A stretch of 64,000 nucleotides of DNA, from positions 2,377 through 66,376 of the forward strand of contig DJYJ01000015.1 in the NCBI GenBank assembly GCA_002450075.1. The letters are read 5' to 3'. Every line of letters begins with the position of its first letter. The stretch's first letter is position 1. Below are positions 1 to 9,431 of the stretch, one piece after another. Position numbers and translations under genes: made by a program. This stretch comes from Clostridiales bacterium UBA6981 (GTDB lineage: Bacteria; Bacillota; Clostridia; Oscillospirales; Oscillospiraceae). The notes below the pieces were generated by a model. It was not told where the DNA came from. It saw only the letters and a program-made list of their open reading frames with translations, and ran no database searches.

Positions 1-2
1 AG

Positions 3-1346
3 GCAGGCGTCGGAAGCGTTCTGCGGATTAAGAGCGGCAGCGAGCAGATCGAGCTGACGGATATTGCCATCGGCGAGGTCTGGCTTGCCGGCGGGCAGAG
101 CAATATGGAATTTCACATGAAGTTTGACCGGGATTATGACGCGGTGCTCTCCGCGGGTAAATTCCGGGATACCCGGTTCTTCGACGTGCCGGAGATCGCC
201 TATGACGGCGAGGAGAAGGATTTTGACTATTCCCGGTTCGGTCTCTGGCGCAGGGCGACGCCGGAGGATCTGGGCTATTTCTCGGCCGTAGGCTGGTATT
301 TCGCCGACCGGATCGGAGAAGAGCTGGACGTGCCCGTCGGTATCATCGGCTGCAACTGGGGCGGGACCATGGCTTCCGCCTGGACAGACCCCGCGTATCT
401 GAAGAACACCGAGGGCGACGTGTGGCTGAGGGAATATGAGGACAACCAGCCCCGTGACCTGAACGCCTATGAAGCGGGCTTCCGGGCAAACCCCAACAAC
501 AACCGCACCACCATGCTCGAGGATCCCATGAATATCAAGACGATGCGGGACGGACTCAGTCGTGAAGAGCAGGCAGCTTTTGCCCAGCAGATCCTTGCGA
601 TGGCCGGGGTAAAGGATGCGACCGAGCTGGTCAATTACGGTCCCAAAAGCGAGCAGAATCCCGGCGCGCTCTATCACCATATGCTCAAGACTGTCGCGCC
701 GTATTCTCTTCGCGGCGTGATCTGGTATCAGGGCGAGAGCGACGACCGCCATCCGGAGGTCTACGCCACGGTGTTCTCGCAGATGATCCGCTGCTGGCGG
801 GATCTCTGGGGAGAGGAGCTGCCCTTCCTGTTCGTGCAGCTCGCGCCCTTTGAGGAGTGGCTCATTGCCAGCGGCAAGACATATCCCCTGCTCCGCCGTC
901 AGCAGGAGCAGGTCAGCAAGACCGTACCCAATACCTGGATGACGACCAGCGGGGACGCCGGTATGCAGTGGGACATCCACCCGAAGGAGAAAAAGCCGAT
1001 CGGCCAGCGTCTGGCGCTGCTGGCGTTTGGGCACGTATACGGCAAAGACCTCCTGTGCGACGCGCCGGAGCTGCTGCGGACAGAAAAGAGAGACGGCGAC
1101 CTTTTCCTTCACTTTGCCCACGCGGAGGGGCTGTATCTGGACGGCGATCTGTTCGAGACGCTGGAGCTGCTGGGCGCGGATGGCAAACGCGTTGCGGCAA
1201 GCGGCGCGGTGCTTGACGGCGACAGCCTGATCCTCCGCAGCTGCGGCAGCGCCGTCACTATCCGCTATGCGCGGACACCGTTCTTTACCGCGAAACTGTT
1301 CAACGCCGCCGGGATCCCGGCCAAGCCCTTCGAAACGAACGTTTGA
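3..1346 (+). CDS. SASA/DUF303-type carbohydrate O-acetylesterase (sialate O-acetylesterase-like), 5' end outside window
   Basis: The frame is open from the window edge. Before the listed Met it reads IAIGEVWLAGGQSNMEF (GQSNM block). GCNWGGT and VIWYQGESD blocks typical of this esterase family follow. Confidence 0.75.
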   Translation, partial: AGVGSVLRIKSGSEQIELTDIAIGEVWLAGGQSNMEFHMKFDRDYDAVLSAGKFRDTRFFDVPEIAYDGEEKDFDYSRFGLWRRATPEDLGYFSAVGWYFADRIGEELDVPVGIIGCNWGGTMASAWTDPAYLKNTEGDVWLREYEDNQPRDLNAYEAGFRANPNNNRTTMLEDPMNIKTMRDGLSREEQAAFAQQILAMAGVKDATELVNYGPKSEQNPGALYHHMLKTVAPYSLRGVIWYQGESDDRHPEVYATVFSQMIRCWRDLWGEELPFLFVQLAPFEEWLIASGKTYPLLRRQQEQVSKTVPNTWMTTSGDAGMQWDIHPKEKKPIGQRLALLAFGHVYGKDLLCDAPELLRTEKRDGDLFLHFAHAEGLYLDGDLFETLELLGADGKRVAASGAVLDGDSLILRSCGSAVTIRYARTPFFTAKLFNAAGIPAKPFETNV

Positions 1347-1356
1347 AAAGGAGTAC

Positions 1357-2847
1357 ATGATGGAACAGGTATTCAATCCCTATCTCCCGCTGTGGGAATA
1401 CATCCCCGACGGAGAGCCCCATGTTTTCGGCGACCGCGTATACATCTACGGCTCCCACGACCGGGCAAACGGAAAAGTCTACTGCGAGCAGCACTATCAG
1501 GTCTGGTCGGCCCCGGTGGATGATCTGCGTGACTGGCGCAACGAGGGCGTGAGCTATCTGCGCACGCAGGACCCGTCCAACGCGGACGACACCCTGCAGC
1601 TCTGGGCGCCGGACGTGACGCAGGGCCCGGACGGCAGGTATTATCTCTATTACTGCTTTTCCTTCTATCCCGAGATCGGCGTCGCCGTCAGCGACGATCC
1701 GGCCGGCCCCTTCTCCTTCTACGGCCATGTGCACTATCCGCCCGAGATCCTGGGCGGCAAGACCGTGCAGGAGGGCATGGTGTTCGACCCAGCTGTGCTG
1801 ACGGACGACGACGGGCGGGTCTATCTCTACTACGGCTTTGCTCCCGCCTGCGAAAAGGAGCTGATCCTCCCGCAGTTTACGGAGGAGGAGATCGCCGCGA
1901 TGCCGGAGGAGGATCAGCGGGCCATCCGCGGGATGCTTTCGACGAAGTTCGGCGAGGATTCCATGGTCGTGGAGCTGGAGAAGGACATGCTGACGGCGAA
2001 AGAGCTGCCCCGTCCGCTGATTCCCGGCGGGCACCACACTGCGGGCACTGGCTTCGAGGGCCATGGCTTCTTTGAGGCTTCCTCGATCCGCAAGATTCGT
2101 GGGAGATATTACTTTGTCTATTCCAGCCACAAGAGCCACGAGCTCTGCTATGCCGTCAGCGACCGGCCGGACGGCGGCTTCTGTTACGGCGGAACGATTG
2201 TCTCCAACGGCGACATCGGGCTGAACGGCAGAGAAACGCCGGTCTATCCCTTGGGCAATAACCACGGCGGACTGGTGGAGATTGGCGATGCGCTGTATAT
2301 CTTCTACCATCGGCAGACCAACGGCACGGAGTTTTCCCGTCAGGGCTGCGCCGAGCGGGTGGAGCTTCTTCCGGACGGCAGCATCCCCCAGGCGGAGATC
2401 ACCAGCTGCGGCCTCAACGGCGGGGCGCTGGCGGCCTCGGGCGTCTATCCCGCGGCCATCGCCTGCCATCTCACCGACCCGACGGTGAAAAACGCCATCG
2501 ACTATTCCGACCCGGCCATGAAAGAGCAGATATGCGTCACCGAGCGGGAGAACCTGAGCTTTGTGACCAACATCCGCGACAGGGCAGTCGTCGGCTATAA
2601 GTACTTCCGCTTCACCGAATCTGCCGCGCTGGCGCTGGAGCTGCGGGGCAGCTTTCGCGGCAGCGTGACGATCTCGCAGCGCGAGGACAGCTCGCTTCCC
2701 ATTGGGAGTATTGAACTTGACCTGTCCTCCCCCGTCTGGCAGCTGCTCACAGCCGCCATCTGTCCGGAGGCGGGCGAGGGAGCGCTGTATCTGCACTTTT
2801 CCGGCGAAGGCGCGCTGGACATGAAGTCCATTGCCTTTTTGCCGTAA
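1357..2847 (+). CDS. glycoside hydrolase family 43 (xylosidase/arabinofuranosidase-like)
   Basis: GGAG lies 6 nt before ATGATG at 1357. The N-terminus NPYLPLWEYIPDGEPHVFGDRVYIYGSHD and LWAPDV..GPDGRYYLYY are typical GH43 five-bladed propeller blocks. The longer listed ORF start at 1267 overlaps the upstream gene. Confidence 0.8.
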   Translation: MMEQVFNPYLPLWEYIPDGEPHVFGDRVYIYGSHDRANGKVYCEQHYQVWSAPVDDLRDWRNEGVSYLRTQDPSNADDTLQLWAPDVTQGPDGRYYLYYCFSFYPEIGVAVSDDPAGPFSFYGHVHYPPEILGGKTVQEGMVFDPAVLTDDDGRVYLYYGFAPACEKELILPQFTEEEIAAMPEEDQRAIRGMLSTKFGEDSMVVELEKDMLTAKELPRPLIPGGHHTAGTGFEGHGFFEASSIRKIRGRYYFVYSSHKSHELCYAVSDRPDGGFCYGGTIVSNGDIGLNGRETPVYPLGNNHGGLVEIGDALYIFYHRQTNGTEFSRQGCAERVELLPDGSIPQAEITSCGLNGGALAASGVYPAAIACHLTDPTVKNAIDYSDPAMKEQICVTERENLSFVTNIRDRAVVGYKYFRFTESAALALELRGSFRGSVTISQREDSSLPIGSIELDLSSPVWQLLTAAICPEAGEGALYLHFSGEGALDMKSIAFLP

Positions 2848-2860
2848 CAAGGAGGACGCC

Positions 2861-5137
2861 ATGAAACGAGTATCTTTCTGCGACAACTGGACCTGCAACG
2901 GCAGCGCCGTCGTCATCCCCCATGACGCCATGCTGCACGGCGAGCGCTCTGCAAACGCGCCCAGCGGCAGCGGCGGCGCTTACTTTCCCGGCGGGAGCTA
3001 CCGCTATGAAAAGCATTTTGCACGCCCGCAGGCGGAGCACGTCCTGCTGCAGTTCGAGGGCGTCTATAAGAACGCAAAGGTTTATCTCAACGGCCAGTTT
3101 GCCGGCGGGACGGCCTATGGCTATCTGCCCTTCTTCATTGAGGCGGATCCCTTCCTGATCGATGGGGAGAATGTGCTCTGCGTCGAGTGTGAAAACCTCG
3201 ACCAGCCGGATTCCCGCTGGTATTCCGGCGCGGGGATCTACCGCCCGGTCTGGCTCTGGATGGGGCCGAAGCAGAGCATCGCCCCGGAGAGCGTGCGCGT
3301 CAGCACCCTTTCCCTTGACCCGGCGGTCATCCGCGTGGAGAGCGAAAAGAAGATCCGCTTCACAGTGGACGGAATCGACGGCAGCGGCACGGATTTCACG
3401 CTGACGATCCCCGACGCGAAACTCTGGAGTGAGGACAGTCCCTCGCTTTATACCGCCCGCGTGACGAACGGCTTTGATGAAACGGAAGTCACCTTCGGTA
3501 TCCGTACGATCAGCTGGAGCGCGAAAGGGCTCTTTGTAAACGGGAAAGAGACACTGCTGCGCGGCGGCTGTCTGCACCACGACCACGGCGTCCTCGGTGC
3601 GGCGACCTTTGACGAGAGCGAGCTGCGCCGGGTCAAGAAGCTGAAGGAGGCGGGCTTCAACGCCATCCGCTCGGCGCACAATCCCTGCTCCCGCGCGCTG
3701 CTCGACGCCTGCGACCGGCTCGGCCTGTACGTCATGGACGAGGGCTGGGATATGTGGTATTCCCACAAGAATCCCTATGACTATGCTGCCTATTGGCGGG
3801 AGAACCACTTCTACGATCTCGAGGCCCTGGTGCGGCGGGACTTCAGCCACCCCTCCGTGCTGCTGTACTCCATCGGCAACGAGGTCTCCGAGCCGGCCTG
3901 GGATGAAGGCGTCAAGGCGGCGAAGGAGATGGTCGCCGCACTGCATCGGCTCGACCCCGCCCGCCCCGTCACAGCGGGCATCAACCTCGCGATCCTCCTG
4001 CAAAGCGCCCAGGGCAAGCCCTTCTACGGCGAAGACGGCGGCGCGGAGAGCGCGATTCCCGGCGCGGAGAGCGGTGAAATGAACAGCACCAAATTCAACG
4101 AGATCACCGCCATGGTCGGCACCGGGATGAACCACGCGGCCGACGGCGAGGACGCCGACCGCATCACCTCTCCCGTGCTTGATGCGCTGGATATCGCGGG
4201 CTATAACTACGCCTCCGGCCGATATCTGCTGGAAAAGGACAAGCATCCCGACCGCGTCGTCGTCGGCAGCGAGACCTTCCCCCAGGATCTGCCGAAAAAC
4301 TGGGCGATGGTGAAAGAGCTCCCGTATCTGGTCGGCGACTTTATGTGGACGGCATGGGACTATCTGGGCGAGGCCGGGATCGGCGCCTGGGCCTATACGC
4401 CGGACGGCGCGGGCTTCAACAAGCCCTACCCCTGGCTGCTCGCGGACAGCGGCGCCTATGACATCCTCGGCAACCCGACGGGCGAGCTCTTCTGGGCAAG
4501 CGCGGTCTGGGGCCGACTCAATAAGCCCGCGATCTGTGTGCAGCCGATCAATCATGACGCAGCCCCTGCGAAGGCGGCCTGGCGCGGCACCAACGCGATC
4601 CCCTCATGGGCGTGGCGGGGCTGCGAAGGGCGCACAGCGACCGTGGAGGTCTATACCGGCGCCGCTCGTGTGGAGCTTCTGCTCAACGGCGCGTCCGCCG
4701 GGAACAAGGCGGTCGAGGACTGCCGCGCCGTGTTTGAGCTGTCCTATGCCCCCGGCACGCTGACGGCCGTGAGCTTTGACGAGCATGGCAGCGAGCTTGG
4801 CCGCTCCGCGCTTTGCTCGGCCAGGGGTGAGCTGCACATCGGCCTCCACCCGGAGGTGCAGTCGGCGCGTCCCGGTGAGATCGTCTATGTGCCCGTCGCC
4901 ATCGAGGATGCCGACGGCATCATCGAGCGCAACGCCGACCGTCTCCTTTCGATCCGTGTGGAAAACGGAACGCTGCTCGGCTTCGGCAGCGCCGCGCCCC
5001 GCACGGAGGAGCGCTATGACAGCGGCAGCTTCACCACCTATTACGGCGAGGCTTTGGCCGTCGTGCGCGCGGAAAAGCCGGGAGAGTTGGTCCTTTCCGT
5101 TAGGGATCAGCGGCTCGTGATCCCCGTTTTCGAATGA
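2861..5137 (+). CDS. glycoside hydrolase family 2 (beta-galactosidase-like)
   Basis: AAGGAGG precedes ATG 2861 (MKRVSFCDNW). FNAIRSAHNP, MDEGWDMW and SIGNEVSEP blocks match the GH2 TIM-barrel region. Confidence 0.8.
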   Translation: MKRVSFCDNWTCNGSAVVIPHDAMLHGERSANAPSGSGGAYFPGGSYRYEKHFARPQAEHVLLQFEGVYKNAKVYLNGQFAGGTAYGYLPFFIEADPFLIDGENVLCVECENLDQPDSRWYSGAGIYRPVWLWMGPKQSIAPESVRVSTLSLDPAVIRVESEKKIRFTVDGIDGSGTDFTLTIPDAKLWSEDSPSLYTARVTNGFDETEVTFGIRTISWSAKGLFVNGKETLLRGGCLHHDHGVLGAATFDESELRRVKKLKEAGFNAIRSAHNPCSRALLDACDRLGLYVMDEGWDMWYSHKNPYDYAAYWRENHFYDLEALVRRDFSHPSVLLYSIGNEVSEPAWDEGVKAAKEMVAALHRLDPARPVTAGINLAILLQSAQGKPFYGEDGGAESAIPGAESGEMNSTKFNEITAMVGTGMNHAADGEDADRITSPVLDALDIAGYNYASGRYLLEKDKHPDRVVVGSETFPQDLPKNWAMVKELPYLVGDFMWTAWDYLGEAGIGAWAYTPDGAGFNKPYPWLLADSGAYDILGNPTGELFWASAVWGRLNKPAICVQPINHDAAPAKAAWRGTNAIPSWAWRGCEGRTATVEVYTGAARVELLLNGASAGNKAVEDCRAVFELSYAPGTLTAVSFDEHGSELGRSALCSARGELHIGLHPEVQSARPGEIVYVPVAIEDADGIIERNADRLLSIRVENGTLLGFGSAAPRTEERYDSGSFTTYYGEALAVVRAEKPGELVLSVRDQRLVIPVFE

Positions 5138-5159
5138 AGTAAACACGAAAAACAGCATA

Positions 5160-5210
5160 AAGCAAGGACGGACAGTTGCGAAAACTGTCCGTCCTTGCTT
5201 TTTTGTTTTC
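5160..5210. terminator. bidirectional intrinsic terminator between convergent genes
   Basis: Perfect 18-bp stem AAGCAAGGACGGACAGTT / AACTGTCCGTCCTTGCTT with a 5-nt loop. It is followed by TTTTGTTTTC on the + strand and a T-rich run on the - strand. Confidence 0.85.
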
Positions 5211-5211
5211 T

Positions 5212-6135
5212 TTACGACTTGCAGAGCGCGAGCTTGGCGTACATGTCCTCAAAGATGAAGCGCACGTCCACAAAGTCATAGACGCGGATCTCTTTTCCTC
5301 CCGGATTTGGCAGATACCGCATATCGTCCGCGATCCGGGGCGCTGTTTCCGTGTGGAAGTTACCGCGCCAGCCGCACTGGAGCAGCACGCCGACCACTGG
5401 GGAATCGCCCAGACACCAGTTTTCGCCTTTGCGCAGCTCATAGGGCTCCGCGCTGTGGAGATTATAGTCCTCCATTTGCTCGTAAAGATACCGTCCTACC
5501 TTGCCGCAGGGGCGTACGCGCCCGGCCAGTTCCGCCATCGTGACCTCCATGGCGCAGTAGACGTTGACAGGGATCTGCCACACCGCGGCCTTCGAGGCTA
5601 TCACAACACGCGCGGCGGCCACGTCCTGCATCAGATTGAATTCTCCGCCGCCCGCGGGATAGGGCATGCCGCCGATCCAGACTATGGTCAGCTTTTCCGC
5701 GATCGCCGGGCAGCGGTTCAGTGCTGCGGCAATATCGGTCAAAGCACCCTGTGCAGTGACATACAGCGGCCGGGGATCGTCCCGCAGGGCTTCCCGGATC
5801 AGAAAATCCACGCCCTCACTGTGCGGCGCGTCCTCGTCGTTTTTCAGCGGCGCGGTGCAGCCGCGCAGCGCGGGCACGTCGTCGATCTCGATGGCGTCCA
5901 TGAGTCGCAGCAGTTCCTGATAGCTCTGCTCCATGGTCGTCTCCGTGCCGGGGGCTTTGCTCTCAAAGTGGGCGGCAATCACGCCGCGCACGTCAAACAT
6001 CGGCGTCAGCAGCTGGTGGACAATGGCAAAGGGATCGTCCGCCTCGTTTTTCACGTCGCTGGACACGATCACGCGGATCTGTTTTTCCAGCGGCAGGCGG
6101 ATCCCCATGCGCGCAAGCAGTTCTTCTCTCTTCAT
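5212..6135 (-). CDS. nucleoside hydrolase-fold (IUNH-like) protein
   Basis: AAGGAGAG RBS. The N-terminal IRVIVSSDVKNEADDPFAIVHQLL resembles the Asp-rich DxDxxxDD metal/ribose-binding block of inosine-uridine nucleoside hydrolase-like proteins. The function call is tentative. Confidence 0.5.
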   Translation of the reverse strand: MKREELLARMGIRLPLEKQIRVIVSSDVKNEADDPFAIVHQLLTPMFDVRGVIAAHFESKAPGTETTMEQSYQELLRLMDAIEIDDVPALRGCTAPLKNDEDAPHSEGVDFLIREALRDDPRPLYVTAQGALTDIAAALNRCPAIAEKLTIVWIGGMPYPAGGGEFNLMQDVAAARVVIASKAAVWQIPVNVYCAMEVTMAELAGRVRPCGKVGRYLYEQMEDYNLHSAEPYELRKGENWCLGDSPVVGVLLQCGWRGNFHTETAPRIADDMRYLPNPGGKEIRVYDFVDVRFIFEDMYAKLALCKS

Positions 6136-6144
6136 GTTCTCTCC

Positions 6145-7746
6145 TTACCGGATCACAAAGCCGTACACGTCGTTGACACCGAGCGAGGCCCGGATCGTCA
6201 GCACGCCGTCTTCCCAGGTAAAAGGCCAGTTTTCGCTCTCCACCGCGCTGCGCTGTTTCAAATCTTCGACCTCGGCGCGGTTGAGATAATCCGGCCTCCC
6301 CATCTCCTCCCAGAGCTTGAGAGGGTTGCCGTGCTCCTCGTCGATGCGCTTGACGGTCACGCTTTCGGGCTTCTCGGCAAGCTCCATGCGGATGACTGAT
6401 TCTTCCTTCGGCAGATCGAGATTCTTCATCTTCTGGCGGAAGAGGATCACGTGAGTCTCATTTCCACCGGCAAAGGCTGCAATACCGATCTCTCCATCGG
6501 TGGCCTCCGGGCCGAGATCCAAGCGCGTGTCCGGCGCATCGGCCAGCAGCTTCATGCCGTAATAGACCGGCTTGGGGATGCCGCTCTGGCTGAGCAGACC
6601 GAAGCCGCCGTGAAACTCCTGCACGAAGGGGTGCAGTTCTTCAAAAATATCACTGAAGCACCAGATGGAGCTGCCGTCGAGGTTGTCGGTCACGTCCAGC
6701 GCCGTTTTCACATCATAGGCTGCTACCTTGCGTGTGTCGTTGGTGTAGGCGCCAAAGCCCGCGTTGCAGTTCCATTCGGTGTAGTACAGCGGCAGCTCGC
6801 CCGCCTGCCTGCGCACCACGGCGGAATTCCGGCGGAAGTTGTCATTGGGCATGTCAGTGGCCTCCGTCTGGTCGGGGTTAATGGTGCGAAGTCCGGCCAG
6901 CACGCTGCGGTCAGGCAGGGCCGCCAGCTGCTCGCCCATGCGCTGCATGCGCTCCAGCCAACTCTCGCCGCCCTCGGAGCCTTCGGCCTCCAGGTTGTCG
7001 CCCGTGCTTTCCACGCCGCCGATTGGATCGCCGGCGTACTGGTGGGTCGTGACAAAGTCCACGGGCACCGTATGCTCCCGGCAATAGGCCAAGAAGGAGG
7101 AGACCCACTTGCTGCCGCTGGTAGCGGGGCCGCCCACCTTCAGCTGCGGGTCGACCGCCTTGATCGCCCGGGCGGTGGTCTCATAGAGTTTGAAATAGGC
7201 CTCCCGATCCTCGGAGAAAAACACCACCGGCAGATCCGGCTCGTTCCAGACCTCAAAGGGCCAGGAGCGCACTTCTTCCGCGCCGTAGCGGTGGATCAAG
7301 AAGCGGAGAAAACGCTGGATATATCCTGCCCATGCCGCATGGTCGGCGGGCGTGTCGATACAGGGCCTGTAGTAAAACACGCCGTCCACCTGATTGCGGC
7401 TCATTTTCTTCGGCATGAAGCTCAGCTCCACCAGGGGCTTCATCCCGGCATCAAGGACATTATCATACGCGAGACCGCAGGCGCGGAAGTTCTCTTCGGT
7501 AAAGCTCTCAGCGCCGGGAGCCGGGAACAGCTCGGAGAGGCTGCAGACCGTGCGCATGTCGTCGTCAAAGATTCCGTGAAAGCGCACCCGCTCGATGCCC
7601 AGCGTGTCGTGGATGAACTTGAGCTGTTTCACATAGTCCGTGCGCAGCGCCAGCAGGGCATGGCCGCTGCCCACGCAGAACTGCCAGTGCTTCTTATTGG
7701 GGATACGCGGGAGATCGGCTGAGATCGTAAATTCCATCGGGATCAT
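6145..7746 (-). CDS. glycoside hydrolase family 39 (beta-xylosidase-like)
   Basis: WQFCVGSGHALLALRTDYVKQLKFIHDTLGIERVRFHGIFDDDM and FEVWNEPD blocks are typical of GH39 XynB-type enzymes. ATG 7746 overlaps the upstream stop (ATGA); an alternative start at 7737 (MEF) has a better-spaced AAGGAA. Confidence 0.8.
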   Translation of the reverse strand: MIPMEFTISADLPRIPNKKHWQFCVGSGHALLALRTDYVKQLKFIHDTLGIERVRFHGIFDDDMRTVCSLSELFPAPGAESFTEENFRACGLAYDNVLDAGMKPLVELSFMPKKMSRNQVDGVFYYRPCIDTPADHAAWAGYIQRFLRFLIHRYGAEEVRSWPFEVWNEPDLPVVFFSEDREAYFKLYETTARAIKAVDPQLKVGGPATSGSKWVSSFLAYCREHTVPVDFVTTHQYAGDPIGGVESTGDNLEAEGSEGGESWLERMQRMGEQLAALPDRSVLAGLRTINPDQTEATDMPNDNFRRNSAVVRRQAGELPLYYTEWNCNAGFGAYTNDTRKVAAYDVKTALDVTDNLDGSSIWCFSDIFEELHPFVQEFHGGFGLLSQSGIPKPVYYGMKLLADAPDTRLDLGPEATDGEIGIAAFAGGNETHVILFRQKMKNLDLPKEESVIRMELAEKPESVTVKRIDEEHGNPLKLWEEMGRPDYLNRAEVEDLKQRSAVESENWPFTWEDGVLTIRASLGVNDVYGFVIR

Positions 7747-8765
7747 TCCTTTCTGGCGTCGTCTGCCGTCTTTTCCATCGCATCGAGCTGACGCTCGAGA
7801 TCGCGGATCGTTTTCTCATCAAATCCGCCCCAGGCGAGGATCTGCCCCAGCGTGATGACCTTCTCGGCGCTTTTGGGAAGAGCCATGCCCTCCTGCTTCT
7901 CCGGGATGAGCCGGGAAAGCAGCTCCGCCGTCGCGCTCTGCGTGCGCAGATAGGCTACGGTGCAGTTCAGATTCAGCTTTTCCTCGTGATTGCCGTTGAT
8001 GGCGGAGCCGAAACGCGGCGCGGTCAGCCCGCTCGGGCCGAAGCCGCCCAGTACGTCCCCAAGCCACGAGATACTGTCGCCCACCCAGTGGGGATAGCGG
8101 CTGCAGCAGTCCTGCACGCCGAGGCTCTCGTCGCCGGTCGTCAGCCCGTGGGGGCCGTTGGAATAGATATGGCTTTCAAAAGCCACCTCATGGCGGCACA
8201 GCGCGTCGATCAGATGGATGCTGTTTTCCACAGGCACAAGATTGTCCGTGCGGGTGGCAAAGACAAAGCAGGGGCAGGTGGAGGCGTCCACCGCCGCGAT
8301 CACGTCCGGCGCACTGGGCAGATAGTCTTTGGCGCACGCGCCGTCGATCACTGGGTAGCCGAGGATCGCCGCGTTGGGGCGTTCCCTGCTCATGGTCGCG
8401 GCGCAGGCGGCCAGATGCCCGCCCGCGGAAAAGCCGATGACCGCGATGCGGTCGCTTGCCACATGCCATTGCTCCGCGTTGGCGCGGATCATGCCCATGG
8501 CCTGCTCATAGTCGCGAAGCGGATTGGGCCACCCGGCCTGCTCATTGAGCGAATAGCGCAGGATAAAGGCGTGATAGCCCGCCTTCAGATAGGCGTAGGC
8601 CACGGGCTCCGCCTCCCGGTCTGAGCAGAAATGGTAGCCGCCGCCGGGGATGATCAGCACGGCGGGACGAGAGGTGAGCGCGCCGAACTCGCCGCCCACG
8701 GGCTGGAGATAACTTGTCAGGGTAACTTGCCGCTCTTCATTGAGCACGAAGGTCTCTGTTTTCAT
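7743..8765 (-). CDS. alpha/beta-hydrolase esterase (acetyl-esterase/lipase-like)
   Basis: IIPGGGY oxyanion-type block and the GFSAGGHLA nucleophile elbow (GxSxG). Confidence 0.7.
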   Translation of the reverse strand: MKTETFVLNEERQVTLTSYLQPVGGEFGALTSRPAVLIIPGGGYHFCSDREAEPVAYAYLKAGYHAFILRYSLNEQAGWPNPLRDYEQAMGMIRANAEQWHVASDRIAVIGFSAGGHLAACAATMSRERPNAAILGYPVIDGACAKDYLPSAPDVIAAVDASTCPCFVFATRTDNLVPVENSIHLIDALCRHEVAFESHIYSNGPHGLTTGDESLGVQDCCSRYPHWVGDSISWLGDVLGGFGPSGLTAPRFGSAINGNHEEKLNLNCTVAYLRTQSATAELLSRLIPEKQEGMALPKSAEKVITLGQILAWGGFDEKTIRDLERQLDAMEKTADDARKE

Positions 8766-8771
8766 ACGCTC

Positions 8772-9416
8772 TTAACCGTCGACCACGTCTTCCAGCTCAC
8801 AGAAGCTCGAAAGGTTCCAGTCGCCCGCGCCGTTTTTGGCCGCGTCGCCCACGCAGGCGACCTTCATGCCGGCGTTATGCCCGGCCTCGGCGCCAGAGAC
8901 CGCGTCCTCCACCACCAGGCAGTCCTTCGGCTCCATGCCGACGAACTCCGCCGCCTTCAGAAAGACCTCAGGGTCGGGCTTGGAGCGGGAGATGTTGTTG
9001 CCGTCGGAAACCGCGTCGAAATAGCCCTCAAGGCCGATCTGATGCAGGATGAAGGGCGCGTTTTTCGACGAAGAGCCGATGGCCAGCTTCAGCCCGCGTG
9101 CGCGCAGCGCGTCGAGGGTGTTCTTCACCTCGTCGCTCAAGTCCGCCGTGCTCATCTCCTTGAGCGATTCACGGTAGATCTCGTTCTTCTCGGTGGCGAG
9201 AGCGAGCTTTTCCTCGTCCGAGAGAGCGGGGCCGGTATATTTCTCCAGCACGATCTCCAGACTCGCCATGCGGCTGACGCCGCGCAGACGGTTGTTGATG
9301 ACGCGGTCAAAGGGAGTATTGAGCTTGTCGGCCAGGGCCTTCCAGGCGCGGTAATGGTATTCGTCGGTGGAGCAGATTACACCGTCAAGATCAAAAATGA
9401 TGGCTTTAAACTGCAT
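8772..9416 (-). CDS. pgmB: beta-phosphoglucomutase (HAD superfamily)
   Basis: TAAGGAGG RBS. MQFKAIIFDLDGVI (DxDG HAD motif I), RGVSRMASLEIVL, and a 214-aa length typical of PgmB. Confidence 0.75.
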   Translation of the reverse strand: MQFKAIIFDLDGVICSTDEYHYRAWKALADKLNTPFDRVINNRLRGVSRMASLEIVLEKYTGPALSDEEKLALATEKNEIYRESLKEMSTADLSDEVKNTLDALRARGLKLAIGSSSKNAPFILHQIGLEGYFDAVSDGNNISRSKPDPEVFLKAAEFVGMEPKDCLVVEDAVSGAEAGHNAGMKVACVGDAAKNGAGDWNLSSFCELEDVVDG

Positions 9417-9431
9417 GCCTGCTTTTCCTCC

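Noticed and set aside
1300-2931. 543-aa ORF antisense to the GH43 gene
   Set aside because: This is a shadow ORF of a high-GC gene. It is Arg/Ala/Gly/His-rich with no motifs and no RBS. The opposite strand carries a clear GH43 with RBS.
2747-4555. 602-aa ORF antisense to the GH2 gene
   Set aside because: It has the same shadow-ORF signature, and the sense strand has unmistakable GH2 blocks.
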